64,000 bases of DNA, taken from assembly GCA_902805655.1 (NCBI GenBank), contig CADCTF010000059.1, positions 3,140 through 67,139 of the forward strand, in the 5' to 3' direction. The stretch is from an uncultured Acidimicrobiales bacterium. GTDB taxonomy: Bacteria; Actinomycetota; Acidimicrobiia; Acidimicrobiales; CADCTF01. Position 1 is the first letter of the stretch. Every line of letters starts with the position of its first letter. The notes beneath the pieces were generated by a model. That model was not told where the DNA came from and ran no database searches. It saw only the letters and a list, made by a program, of their open reading frames with translations. Made by a program: the position numbers and the translations under genes. Of the stretch, positions 17,722 through 25,964 are shown in pieces.

Positions 17722-19260
17722 ATGCCTCAGTACCTGTCCCCTGGTGTCTATGTCGAGGAGCTCGACGGAGGCGCCCGGCCGATCGAAGGGGTGGGCACCG
17801 CGGTCGCGGCCTTCGTCGGCCTGGCCGCTGCCGGTCCCTTCAACCGACCCACCCTCGTCACCAACTGGACCCAGTTCGTGACGACGTTCGGCGAGTTCAT
17901 GGCCGGGTCGTACCTGGCCCACGCGGTGTACGGCTACTTCCAGAACGGTGGGGGGATCGCCTACATCGTGCGGGTCGGCGGCGACGGCGACTCGGCCGTG
18001 CCGCCCGCTCGCGCCGAGCTGCCGGCGGCCGGTGGCAAGGAGCTCCCCTACCGCGTGAACGCGGTGGAAGCCGGGCCGGCCGGCAACGACATCCAGGTGG
18101 AGGTCACCTACCCGGAGGGCGAGGGTGTCCCGGAGGACGTCTTCAACCTCGTCGTGAAGCGGGGCATCAACGTCGAGGAGACGCACGAGAACCTCTCCAC
18201 CAAGCGGGGCAAGCAGAACGCCGTGACCGTGGTCAACACGGCGTCCAAGCTCATACGGATCGAGGAGACCTCGGCCGGAGCGGCTCTCGAGCGCCCGGTG
18301 CGGGGCAACGTACAGCTCGCGGGCGGCGGCTCCTCCCCCGTTCCCGCCCGGCTGCAGCCGCAGGACTACGTCGGCGACGTGGCCGACCGCACCGGCTTCG
18401 GGGCCCTCGAGGCCATCGACGACGTGACGATGCTCAGCGTGCCCGACCTCACCGCCGCCTACGAGGGCGGCATGATCGACGCCGAGGGCTTCCAGGCCGT
18501 GCAGCTGGCGATGATCGCCCACTGCGAGCTCATGGGTGACCGCATGGCCATTCTCGACCCACCGCCGGGGCTCAACGCCCAGCAGATCCGGGAGTGGCGT
18601 GTCGACCGAGCCGGCTACGACTCCAAGTACGCCACCCTCTACTGGCCGCGCATCAAGGTGCTCGACCCGCTGACGGGCCAGAACATCTTCGTGCCGCCAT
18701 CGGGCCACATGGCCGGCATCTGGGCGAACACCGACAACGAGCGGGGCGTGCACAAGGCGCCGGCGAACGCGGTCGTGCGCGGCGCGATCACCCTCGAGCT
18801 CAACATCACCAAGAACGAGCACGACCTGCTCAACCCGGTCGGCATCAACTGCATCCGGGCCTTCCCGGGGCGGGGCATCCGGGTGTGGGGCGCCCGCACG
18901 CTGTCGAGCGATCCGGCCTGGAAGTACATCAACGTCCGCCGGCTCTTCAACTACCTCGAGAAGTCCATCCAGGTGGCGACGGACTGGGTCGTGTTCGAGC
19001 CCAACGACCGCGACCTGTGGTCGAAGATCCGGCGCACCATCGCCGGCTTCCTCGTGATGGAGTGGCGTCGCGGCGCCCTGTTCGGCAACACACCGAACGA
19101 GGCCTTCTACGTCAAGTGCGACGACGAGACGAACCCGGCCGAGGGCATCTCCGCCGGCCAGGTCGTGTGCGACATCGGCGTGGCGCCGGTGAAGCCGGCC
19201 GAGTTCGTGATCTTCCGCCTGCAGCAGCTCGAGGGCGGCGTCTCCCTCGTCTCCGAGTAA
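17722..19260 (+). CDS. Contractile tail sheath protein
   Basis: N-terminal MPQYLSPGVYVEE...GVGTAVAAFVG. C-terminal NCIRAFPGRGIRVWGARTLS...WKYINVRRLFNYLEKSI, the hallmark phage/CIS sheath motifs. GGAGGAG lies upstream of ATG 17722. Confidence 0.9.
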   Translation: MPQYLSPGVYVEELDGGARPIEGVGTAVAAFVGLAAAGPFNRPTLVTNWTQFVTTFGEFMAGSYLAHAVYGYFQNGGGIAYIVRVGGDGDSAVPPARAELPAAGGKELPYRVNAVEAGPAGNDIQVEVTYPEGEGVPEDVFNLVVKRGINVEETHENLSTKRGKQNAVTVVNTASKLIRIEETSAGAALERPVRGNVQLAGGGSSPVPARLQPQDYVGDVADRTGFGALEAIDDVTMLSVPDLTAAYEGGMIDAEGFQAVQLAMIAHCELMGDRMAILDPPPGLNAQQIREWRVDRAGYDSKYATLYWPRIKVLDPLTGQNIFVPPSGHMAGIWANTDNERGVHKAPANAVVRGAITLELNITKNEHDLLNPVGINCIRAFPGRGIRVWGARTLSSDPAWKYINVRRLFNYLEKSIQVATDWVVFEPNDRDLWSKIRRTIAGFLVMEWRRGALFGNTPNEAFYVKCDDETNPAEGISAGQVVCDIGVAPVKPAEFVIFRLQQLEGGVSLVSE

Positions 19261-19289
19261 CCCCGCCCTCCTAGAAGGAAGAGAACCAC

Positions 19290-19733
19290 ATGGGACTGCT
19301 GGACAACTTCGACTCCGTCATCGGGGCCTTCTTCGGGCTCTCGGTCGACGGCTACACCATCAAGGGCATCAAGGACGTCTCCGGCCTGAAGCAGGAGTTC
19401 GACATGGTGGAGGTCAAGACCCAGACCTCTGACGGGCTCTACGTGCTCCGCAAGATCCCCGGGCGGCCCAAGCCCGTCACCGTCACCCTCACCCGCCCCC
19501 TGACCGACAGCGACACCTTCGAGAAGTGGATGAAGGACGTGGGCGACGGCAAGGTACCCCGCAAGGACGCCACCGTCACCGTGTACGACACGAGCAAGGC
19601 GGTGGTGCGGAAGTACGTGGTGAAGAACGCGCAGCCGAGCGCGCTGGAGATCACCCAGATGGCGGCGGGCGCCAACAACGCGGTCGAGGAGAAGCTCACC
19701 ATCCAGGGTGAGTCCCTCGAGATCATGACGTGA
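19290..19733 (+). CDS. Tail tube protein (T4 gp19-like / conserved phage tail region protein)
   Basis: FGLSVDGYTIKGIKDVSGLKQEFDMVEVK...LRKIPGRPKPVTVTLTRPL...FEKWMKDV. An RBS-like GAAGGAAGAG lies upstream. Confidence 0.85.
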   Translation: MGLLDNFDSVIGAFFGLSVDGYTIKGIKDVSGLKQEFDMVEVKTQTSDGLYVLRKIPGRPKPVTVTLTRPLTDSDTFEKWMKDVGDGKVPRKDATVTVYDTSKAVVRKYVVKNAQPSALEITQMAAGANNAVEEKLTIQGESLEIMT

Positions 19734-20206
19734 TGAGGCGCAGCATCCCCGGGACCTCCAGCTCGCTCATGGACTCCGACGGGATGACGGTGCTCGACGG
19801 TCCGCCCGTGGCTCCTCCCGCCCCCGCACCCCTTCGCACGGAGTTCGACTTCGAGCTGCCTCGCGGCTATCTCGACGCGGACGGCAACGTGCACAGGCGG
19901 GGCACCATGCGGCTCGCCACGGCGAGGGACGAGCTGCTCCCCCTCTACGACGCCCGGGTGAAGGAACGACCCGCATACCTCACCGTCGTCCTCCTCGAGC
20001 GGGTCATCACGCGCCTCGGCCCGTACGAGGGCGCCTACCTGCACGACGGGATCATCGAGAAGCTCTTCGCGTCGGACCTGGCCTTCCTGCAGGACCTCTA
20101 CCGCCGGATCAACCAGGAGGGGCACACCCGCGCCGCGGTGCAGTGCCCCGACTGCCAACACCAGTTCTCGGTCGACGTGGCCGGTGGTGGCTCGGGGGGA
20201 TCGTGA
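19730..20206 (+). CDS. Tail-assembly-chaperone-like protein (assigned by position) with C-terminal CxxC
   Basis: It lies between the tube and tape-measure-like genes. GTGA overlap with the tube stop. C-terminus is CPDCQHQFSVDV followed by GGGSGGS. No confident family recognition. Confidence 0.45.
   Translation: MMRRSIPGTSSSLMDSDGMTVLDGPPVAPPAPAPLRTEFDFELPRGYLDADGNVHRRGTMRLATARDELLPLYDARVKERPAYLTVVLLERVITRLGPYEGAYLHDGIIEKLFASDLAFLQDLYRRINQEGHTRAAVQCPDCQHQFSVDVAGGGSGGS
20194..20200 (+). promoter_or_regulatory. Candidate -1 slippery heptamer G_GGG_GGA just before the chaperone-like gene stop
   Basis: The zero-frame codons are TCG GGG GGA TCG TGA. The -1 frame is open from 20143 and encodes the DUF6760-like peptide. 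Confidence 0.25.
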
Positions 20207-20373
20207 CGTACGCGGCCGACCGCCTCTACGAGGAGGCCGCGTACGTCGCCTTTCACTTCCACTGGCCCCTCGACGACATCCTCGACATGGAGCACCCGCT
20301 GCGGCGGCGCTTCGCCGGCGAGATAGCCAGGATCAACGAGCGGCTGAACGCCATGGCCAAGGAGACCGCCTGA
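20203..20373 (+). CDS. Small conserved CIS-associated protein (DUF6760-like, from memory)
   Basis: VTYAADRLYEEAAYVAFHFHWPLDDILDMEHPLRRRFAGEIARINERL. The GTG start overlaps the upstream stop (GTGA). The same frame is open back to 20143. Confidence 0.5.
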   Translation: MTYAADRLYEEAAYVAFHFHWPLDDILDMEHPLRRRFAGEIARINERLNAMAKETA

Positions 20374-20376
20374 GCG

Positions 20377-22470
20377 GTGGCGATCTGGCCCCCCAGCCGC
20401 TGGTGGCGCGACGAGCCGAACGAAGCTCGCCGGTCGGCCACGCCCGGCCCGGCGACGGAAGAGCACGTCGAGCGGGCGCCGGCCCGGCCGACCGGCGACT
20501 GGTCGCTGCTCGCGCCGATCCAACGAACCGTGGGCCCGGCGCCGACCACCTTCCGGTCGACGACGGTGCGCGACATCATGCCCAGCCATCACAACCCGAG
20601 CTTCACGGGTCCGTTGGGCCACAGCGTCTCGGCCGGCGCGCCCTCGGGCACGGTGGCCGGTCTGGCCACCACCATCGCCCCGATCACATCGGCGGTGCCC
20701 ATGGACGGAGGTCAGGTCGACCTCACCCTCCGGGCGCCGAGGCGCAGCGGCGAGTCGGTAGACGTGCCCTCACCGACCCGCTGGCTCCCGTCGGTGGAGC
20801 CGATCCTCGAGAGCGTGCAACGGGCTGCGGTGTCTCCCGTGGTCGCGCCCCAGCCCGAGGCAGCCCGGCCCCTCGCCGGCGGCGGCCCGCCGCCGGGTCG
20901 ACCGGCCCCTGCGGCCCGCGTCGATCGGGCCGACCCCATCGCGCAGGAGCCGATGGCGCCGGTCGATGAGCCGGCTCTCGTGACTGAGGCCGCGGGCACG
21001 ACGGGCGCGCCGGAGGTACCGCTGATCGGCGGTGCGGAGCCCTGGAGTCGGTCGGAGGGCGTCGAGGGCCTGGAAGGCCCGCCGTTGGCACCGGTGCAAC
21101 GTGCCGCCTCGGGCCGCTCCCCCGCTCCACCCCTGCACCTCGAGCCGCCCATCCAACCTCTGGCCGTTCGCCGGCTGGCCGGCTCCGCCGTCCCGCCCAA
21201 CCGACCCGCAGCGTTCGTCGAGCGCCCGACGACGGCGGAGGAGACGTCGATTCCGGCGGACGTTGGTCCGCTCGGCCCGAGCCCGGTGATGGGCGCGACA
21301 TCGCCGTCATCCCAGGCCGGTTCGTCGATGCCCGAATCGCCTCAGGCGGAGAGCACGGTGTTGAGCGCGGTGGAGGCGGCCGGCAAGCGACCCGGCGAAC
21401 CGGCCACGGGAAGCGCCGCGCTCCCGACGGCGCCCCACCCGCCGCTGCAGCGCGCCGCGGTGGCGCGGCCGGCTGAACCGACCCGCCCCGAGCCGGCCGG
21501 CCGCGAGAAGGGCACTCGGCTGGGGCTGGGCGCTCCCCTCCCGCCTGTCGAACGTGGCACCGACCTGCCGCTCGTCGCTCCGCCGGCCGTGCCCACCACG
21601 TCCGTGGTCCCTCCGGCGGCGACTCCCCAGGTGGACGTCCCTGCACCGGCACCGGTCCGCGACGAGCACGTGCCCCGGCTGCACTCGTCTGATGTCGTCG
21701 CCCCGGCGGACAGCCCGGAGCAGACCGCTCCGGCGCTCCCGGTGCTCGACCCGCCGCAGCTCGATGCCGGCATGCCCTACACCGGCGGATCAACCGCCGG
21801 CCCGTTCGCGCTCAGCACACCCGCCACCGTCCGGGCGACGGTGCCGGTACAGCGGGAGACGTCACTCGGCGGCGTGTCGATGGCACCACCGATCGGCGGC
21901 GGAGGCACCGCCCTGCAGACCGTCGGTGCGCCGCACGCGGATCCCAGGTTCGACTCCGTGCGGGAAGGTGAGCACCCCCTCCTCGGACTGCGGTCGTCAC
22001 CCGTGCAGGCGGCGCGGACCACGACGCCGGCGCTCACGCCGGCGGAGACGGTGCAACGCTCAGCCTTCGGCGGAACTGCGGCCCCACCGACCTTGTCGCT
22101 CGCCGCGCCGCCTGCGTCCAAGCCCGAGAACCCCTGGGCGGGCTGGACCGACGCCGGGCAGGCCGCCATCGACGCCGGTGTCGCGCAGCGCGATGCCGAC
22201 GGATCAGTGGTCTTCGACCCTTCGGCGGCGCGTGACCCCGAGCCCCAGAGCCTCGGCCAGGACCACCACATCCAACGGGCCGTGGTGGGCGACGCACCGG
22301 TATCGGCGACTCCCTCGCCAGCCGCCGGAGCCGGCGCAGCGACGGGAGTCACAGGAGCCGACGGGAACCTCGACGAGATGGCGAACCAGCTCTACGACCG
22401 CATCCGGTGGAAGCTCCGCGCCGAGCTCCGGCGCGAGATGGACCGCGCCGGCCGTGGCGCCGGGTTCTAG
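20377..22470 (+). CDS. Pro/Ala-rich tape-measure-like protein (tail length determinant candidate)
   Basis: It sits at the phage-like position tube, chaperone, TMP. It is a 697-aa low-complexity protein with recurrent hydrophobic-Q-R motifs and a conserved-looking helical C-terminus NLDEMANQLYDRIRWKLRAELRREMDRAG. Confidence 0.5.
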   Translation: MAIWPPSRWWRDEPNEARRSATPGPATEEHVERAPARPTGDWSLLAPIQRTVGPAPTTFRSTTVRDIMPSHHNPSFTGPLGHSVSAGAPSGTVAGLATTIAPITSAVPMDGGQVDLTLRAPRRSGESVDVPSPTRWLPSVEPILESVQRAAVSPVVAPQPEAARPLAGGGPPPGRPAPAARVDRADPIAQEPMAPVDEPALVTEAAGTTGAPEVPLIGGAEPWSRSEGVEGLEGPPLAPVQRAASGRSPAPPLHLEPPIQPLAVRRLAGSAVPPNRPAAFVERPTTAEETSIPADVGPLGPSPVMGATSPSSQAGSSMPESPQAESTVLSAVEAAGKRPGEPATGSAALPTAPHPPLQRAAVARPAEPTRPEPAGREKGTRLGLGAPLPPVERGTDLPLVAPPAVPTTSVVPPAATPQVDVPAPAPVRDEHVPRLHSSDVVAPADSPEQTAPALPVLDPPQLDAGMPYTGGSTAGPFALSTPATVRATVPVQRETSLGGVSMAPPIGGGGTALQTVGAPHADPRFDSVREGEHPLLGLRSSPVQAARTTTPALTPAETVQRSAFGGTAAPPTLSLAAPPASKPENPWAGWTDAGQAAIDAGVAQRDADGSVVFDPSAARDPEPQSLGQDHHIQRAVVGDAPVSATPSPAAGAGAATGVTGADGNLDEMANQLYDRIRWKLRAELRREMDRAGRGAGF

Positions 22471-22484
22471 GCAAGGGGCCTGAC

Positions 22485-22940
22485 ATGGCAGTCACGACGA
22501 CCGACCCGGCGCTGGCCATCCGCTTCAAGCTGTTCCTCGACGGCATGAACATCGGCCTCTGGAACAGCCTCGAGGGCATGGGCATGGAGACGAGCGTCGA
22601 GACCCGCGAGGAAGGCGGCAACAACCTCTTCGTCCACCAGCTCCCCGGCCGCCTGAAGTTCACCAACATCAAGCTCAGCCGGCCGATCAACGCCGACAGC
22701 GCCAAGGTGGCCACCTGGTTCACGGGGATGGCGACCAAGGTGACGCGCACCACCGGCCAGATCGTCGCCGTGGACTCCGAGGGCAAGGAGATCGCCCAGT
22801 GGGGCTTCCTCGACATGGTGCCCGTGCGCTGGACCGGTCCGTCGTTCAACATCGAGCAGCTGAAGATGGCCACCGAGAGCCTCGAGCTCGCGCACCATGG
22901 CTTCATCGAGCCCGGCCAAGCCACCAAGTTCAAGGGCTGA
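22485..22940 (+). CDS. Second tail tube-family protein (tube initiator / Afp5-like)
   Basis: FKLFLDGMNIGLWNSLEGMGMETSVETREEGGNNLFVHQLPGRLKFTNIKLSRPI follows the same tube-family pattern as 19290..19733. Confidence 0.8.
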   Translation: MAVTTTDPALAIRFKLFLDGMNIGLWNSLEGMGMETSVETREEGGNNLFVHQLPGRLKFTNIKLSRPINADSAKVATWFTGMATKVTRTTGQIVAVDSEGKEIAQWGFLDMVPVRWTGPSFNIEQLKMATESLELAHHGFIEPGQATKFKG

Positions 22941-22944
22941 CGAC

Positions 22945-23622
22945 GTGTCCGCCACCGGCCAGACCACCCTGACCAAGGCCAAGCTCACCATCCTCGAGCC
23001 GAAGGACGGTGGCAACCCCGCCGAGCGTGACGTCATCACGTTCCCCTTCAACCCGAAGGACTGGACGCTGACGCGCAGCGCCGAGTGGAAGGTCGAGACC
23101 GAGAAGAACAAGGTGGCTCCCGCCGAGTTCAAGGGCCCCAAGCCGGCCCAGATCACCGTCGAGCTGTTCCTGGACGCCACGGACACGGACGCCGGCGACA
23201 TCAGCTCGACCGTCGCCAAGCTCATGAAGTGCGTGGTGCCCGACGCCCAGTCCACCCAGCAGAAGAAGCCGTCGGCCCCGCACGTGCGGTTCGAGTGGGG
23301 CACGGCCATCGCCTTCAAGGGCTACGTCGAGACGGTGGCGGTGAAGTACACGCTCTTCCGCCCCTCCGGCGCGCCGGTGCGGGGAACGGCCACGTTGACG
23401 ATCAAGGAGATGCCGGACTCGGTCGGCAGCCAGAACCCGACCTCGGGCGGCGTGGCCGGCAACCGCAGCCACCAGATGGTGGCCGGCGACACCCTCGCCT
23501 CCGTCGCCTACGCCGAGTACGGCTCGCCCGCCAGGTGGCGAGTGCTCGCTGACGCCAACCCGATCATCGACGACCCCATGCGCATCCCTCCCGGCACGAC
23601 GATCCTCGTGCCGCCCGCCTGA
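22945..23622 (+). CDS. Baseplate-hub-associated protein with C-terminal LysM domain (Afp7/gp53-like position)
   Basis: C-terminal HQMVAGDTLASVAYAEYGSPARWRVLADANPIIDDPMRIPPGTTILVP is a LysM motif. The N-terminal domain is tube-like (ITFPFNPKDWTLTRSAEW). Confidence 0.8.
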   Translation: MSATGQTTLTKAKLTILEPKDGGNPAERDVITFPFNPKDWTLTRSAEWKVETEKNKVAPAEFKGPKPAQITVELFLDATDTDAGDISSTVAKLMKCVVPDAQSTQQKKPSAPHVRFEWGTAIAFKGYVETVAVKYTLFRPSGAPVRGTATLTIKEMPDSVGSQNPTSGGVAGNRSHQMVAGDTLASVAYAEYGSPARWRVLADANPIIDDPMRIPPGTTILVPPA

Positions 23623-23637
23623 TGACGGCGCGCTGAC

Positions 23638-25548
23638 ATGCCGCAGCTCACGGCCGAGCCGGCGCAGGGAACCAGCACGCTGCCGATCGTGCAGTGCACG
23701 GTCGCTCTCGACGGCGCGCCGCTACCCCCGGCCATGCAGGGCCAGCTGATCCGCGCCCTCATCGACAACAGCCTGAGCGTGCCCGACCAGTGCACGCTCG
23801 AGCTGCGCGACCACGACCACTCGCTCGCCGACGACGGCCGGTTCAGCATCGGTAAGACCGTCTCGGTCACCATCGACGGCACGCAGGACGGCCCCATCTT
23901 CGACGGTGAGATCACCTCTCTCGAGCGCGAGTACAGCCACGAGCTGCCGGCTGTGACGATCGTGCGGGCGCTCGACAAGGGTCACCGGCTCCATCGGGGC
24001 CGCAAGTCCAAGGTCTTCGTGCAGGCATCGCCCTCGGACGCCGTGAAGACGGTGTGCGACGCAGCCGGCCTCACCGCCGGCACGGTGCACGCCATCGACG
24101 CCCGGCAGCCCTACATCGCCCAGGTCGAGCAGAGCGACGCCGACTTCTGCGCCGGCCTGGCCCGCACCTGGGGCCGTCTGTTCTTCGTGTCCAAGGGCAA
24201 GTACCACTTGATCGCGCCGCCCCCGCCGGGCCAGCCGATCACCGGCCACGCCGACATCGAGCTGGATCCCGGCATGAACCTGCGGCGGCTGCTCTACACC
24301 ATGTCGAGCGGCTCACAGGTGCCTTCGGTGGAGGTGCGCAGCTGGAGCGTGGCCGACAAGGTCGCCGTCGTCGGCACGGCCACCACCCCGGCATCGATGG
24401 CCACGCCGGGTGTGGGCTCGACGGGCGGATCGATCGCCTCGGCCGCCTTCGGCCCGTCCAGGTTCGTGGCCAGCGGCAACCGGGTCGAGAGCCAGGCCGA
24501 GGCCACGCTGCTGGCCCAGGCCCTGCTCGACCAGCTGAGCAACGCCTTCGTCGAGGTGGACGGCCTGGCCAGCGGTGACCCGAAGCTGGTGGCCGGGTCC
24601 TCGATCAAGCTCGTGCACTGCTCCACCAAGATGGACGGCAGCTACTTCCTCACCTCGACCCAGCACGTCTACGACGCCGGTGGCTACGAGACGCGATTCA
24701 CGGCGGCGGGCACGCGGGACCGGTCCCTCCTGGCCATGGTGTCCGGGGGCGACCTCGATGCCGGCCGCCTGGGCGAACCGGCGGCCACGGTGCCCGGAGC
24801 TCTCGTCGGGGTGGTGTCCAACAACGACCCGAGCAGCGACGCCCAGCTCAAGCCGGCCGGGGTACCCATGGTGAAGGTGAAGCTTCCCGACTTCCTCAAC
24901 GGCAGCGGTGACTTCGAGAGCGACTGGCTGCGCGTGTGCCAGCCAGGCATGGGCGCCGACACGGGGATGCTCTTCCTCCCCGAGGTGAACGACGAGGTGC
25001 TCGTGATCTTCGAGCGCGGGGACTTCCGGCGCGGCTACGTGCTCGGCGGCGTGCACAACGGCAAGGACAAGCCGTGGCCCGGAGCCGAGCTGGCGAGCGT
25101 GGTGGAGAACGGCAAGGTCAACCGCCGGTGGCTGGCCAGCAAGAAGGGCGCCAGCCTGGTGTTCCAGGACAAGGCCGGAGCGGAGAGCGTCCGCCTGGCG
25201 AGCCACGACGACAAGCTCTCCCTCGAGCTCGACGTGGCCGGCACCACCATCACGGTCGACGCCCAGGGTGACGTCACCATCAAGGCCGCCAACAACGGGA
25301 AGATCACCCTCGAGTCGGAGGGCGACATGTCCCTCAAGGGCAAGAAGATCGACATCGAGGCCACGAGCGGCGATGTCAACGTCAAGGGTCTCAACGTCAG
25401 AGTCGAGGCCACGGCCGACGCAACCGTGAAGGGGCTCAACACCACCGTCACCGCCGACGCCGCGCTCAAGCTGAGCGGCAACGCCCCGTCCGAGCTCAAG
25501 TCCGCGGCCGTCCTGACCATCCAGGGTGCCCTCGTGAAGATCAACTAG
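23638..25548 (+). CDS. VgrG-like / phage late control gpD-family spike-hub protein
   Basis: gpD-like N-terminal half. Central segment FLPEVNDEVLVIFERGDFRRGYVLGGVHNG is a gp5/VgrG OB-fold motif. The C-terminus has beta-helix-like repeats (VTIKAANNGKITLESEGDMSLKGKKIDIEATSGDVNVKG). Confidence 0.85.
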   Translation: MPQLTAEPAQGTSTLPIVQCTVALDGAPLPPAMQGQLIRALIDNSLSVPDQCTLELRDHDHSLADDGRFSIGKTVSVTIDGTQDGPIFDGEITSLEREYSHELPAVTIVRALDKGHRLHRGRKSKVFVQASPSDAVKTVCDAAGLTAGTVHAIDARQPYIAQVEQSDADFCAGLARTWGRLFFVSKGKYHLIAPPPPGQPITGHADIELDPGMNLRRLLYTMSSGSQVPSVEVRSWSVADKVAVVGTATTPASMATPGVGSTGGSIASAAFGPSRFVASGNRVESQAEATLLAQALLDQLSNAFVEVDGLASGDPKLVAGSSIKLVHCSTKMDGSYFLTSTQHVYDAGGYETRFTAAGTRDRSLLAMVSGGDLDAGRLGEPAATVPGALVGVVSNNDPSSDAQLKPAGVPMVKVKLPDFLNGSGDFESDWLRVCQPGMGADTGMLFLPEVNDEVLVIFERGDFRRGYVLGGVHNGKDKPWPGAELASVVENGKVNRRWLASKKGASLVFQDKAGAESVRLASHDDKLSLELDVAGTTITVDAQGDVTIKAANNGKITLESEGDMSLKGKKIDIEATSGDVNVKGLNVRVEATADATVKGLNTTVTADAALKLSGNAPSELKSAAVLTIQGALVKIN

Positions 25549-25560
25549 GCGGGCCGGAAG

Positions 25561-25959
25561 ATGGCCGAGGAGTTCGTCGGAGCAGGTTGGTCGTTCCCGG
25601 TGCGGGTGGACGCCACCGGGTCGGTGGCGCTGTCGCGCCACGACCACGAGATCCGCGAGGCCATCCGCCTGATTTTGGGCACGGCCTACGGCGAGCGTCC
25701 GATGCGGCCGGAGTTCGGCTGCGCCATCCACGACCTCGTGTTCGCCCCGGCCGACGCCTCGACGGCTGGTCGAGTCGCGTACGAGGTCCGGGCGTCCCTC
25801 AGCCGGTGGGAGCCGCGCATCGAGCTCGACGCCGTGGACGTCCGCTACGCCGACCCCGACCCGTCGACCATGTACATCGACATCACCTACCGCGTGAGCG
25901 GCACCAACGACCCGCGCAACCTGGTGTTCCCCTTCTACACCATCCCCAGCGAGGAGTAG
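25561..25959 (+). CDS. GPW/gp25-family baseplate wedge protein
   Basis: GAGWSFPVRVDATG...IREAIRLILGTAYGERPMRPEFGCAIHDLVF...VRASLSRWEPRI. Confidence 0.9.
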   Translation: MAEEFVGAGWSFPVRVDATGSVALSRHDHEIREAIRLILGTAYGERPMRPEFGCAIHDLVFAPADASTAGRVAYEVRASLSRWEPRIELDAVDVRYADPDPSTMYIDITYRVSGTNDPRNLVFPFYTIPSEE

Positions 25960-25964
25960 CCGGC

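Noticed and set aside
17305-18822. 505-aa minus-strand ORF, with similar ones at 25935..27020, 27120..28649, 36527..38341, 30351..31910 and 47746..49563
   Set aside because: All are mirror-frame ORFs of genes with clear homology-type signatures (sheath, Baseplate_J, aldo/keto reductase, SARP regulator, SBP). They show no motifs and have skewed Arg/Gly/His/Asp composition.
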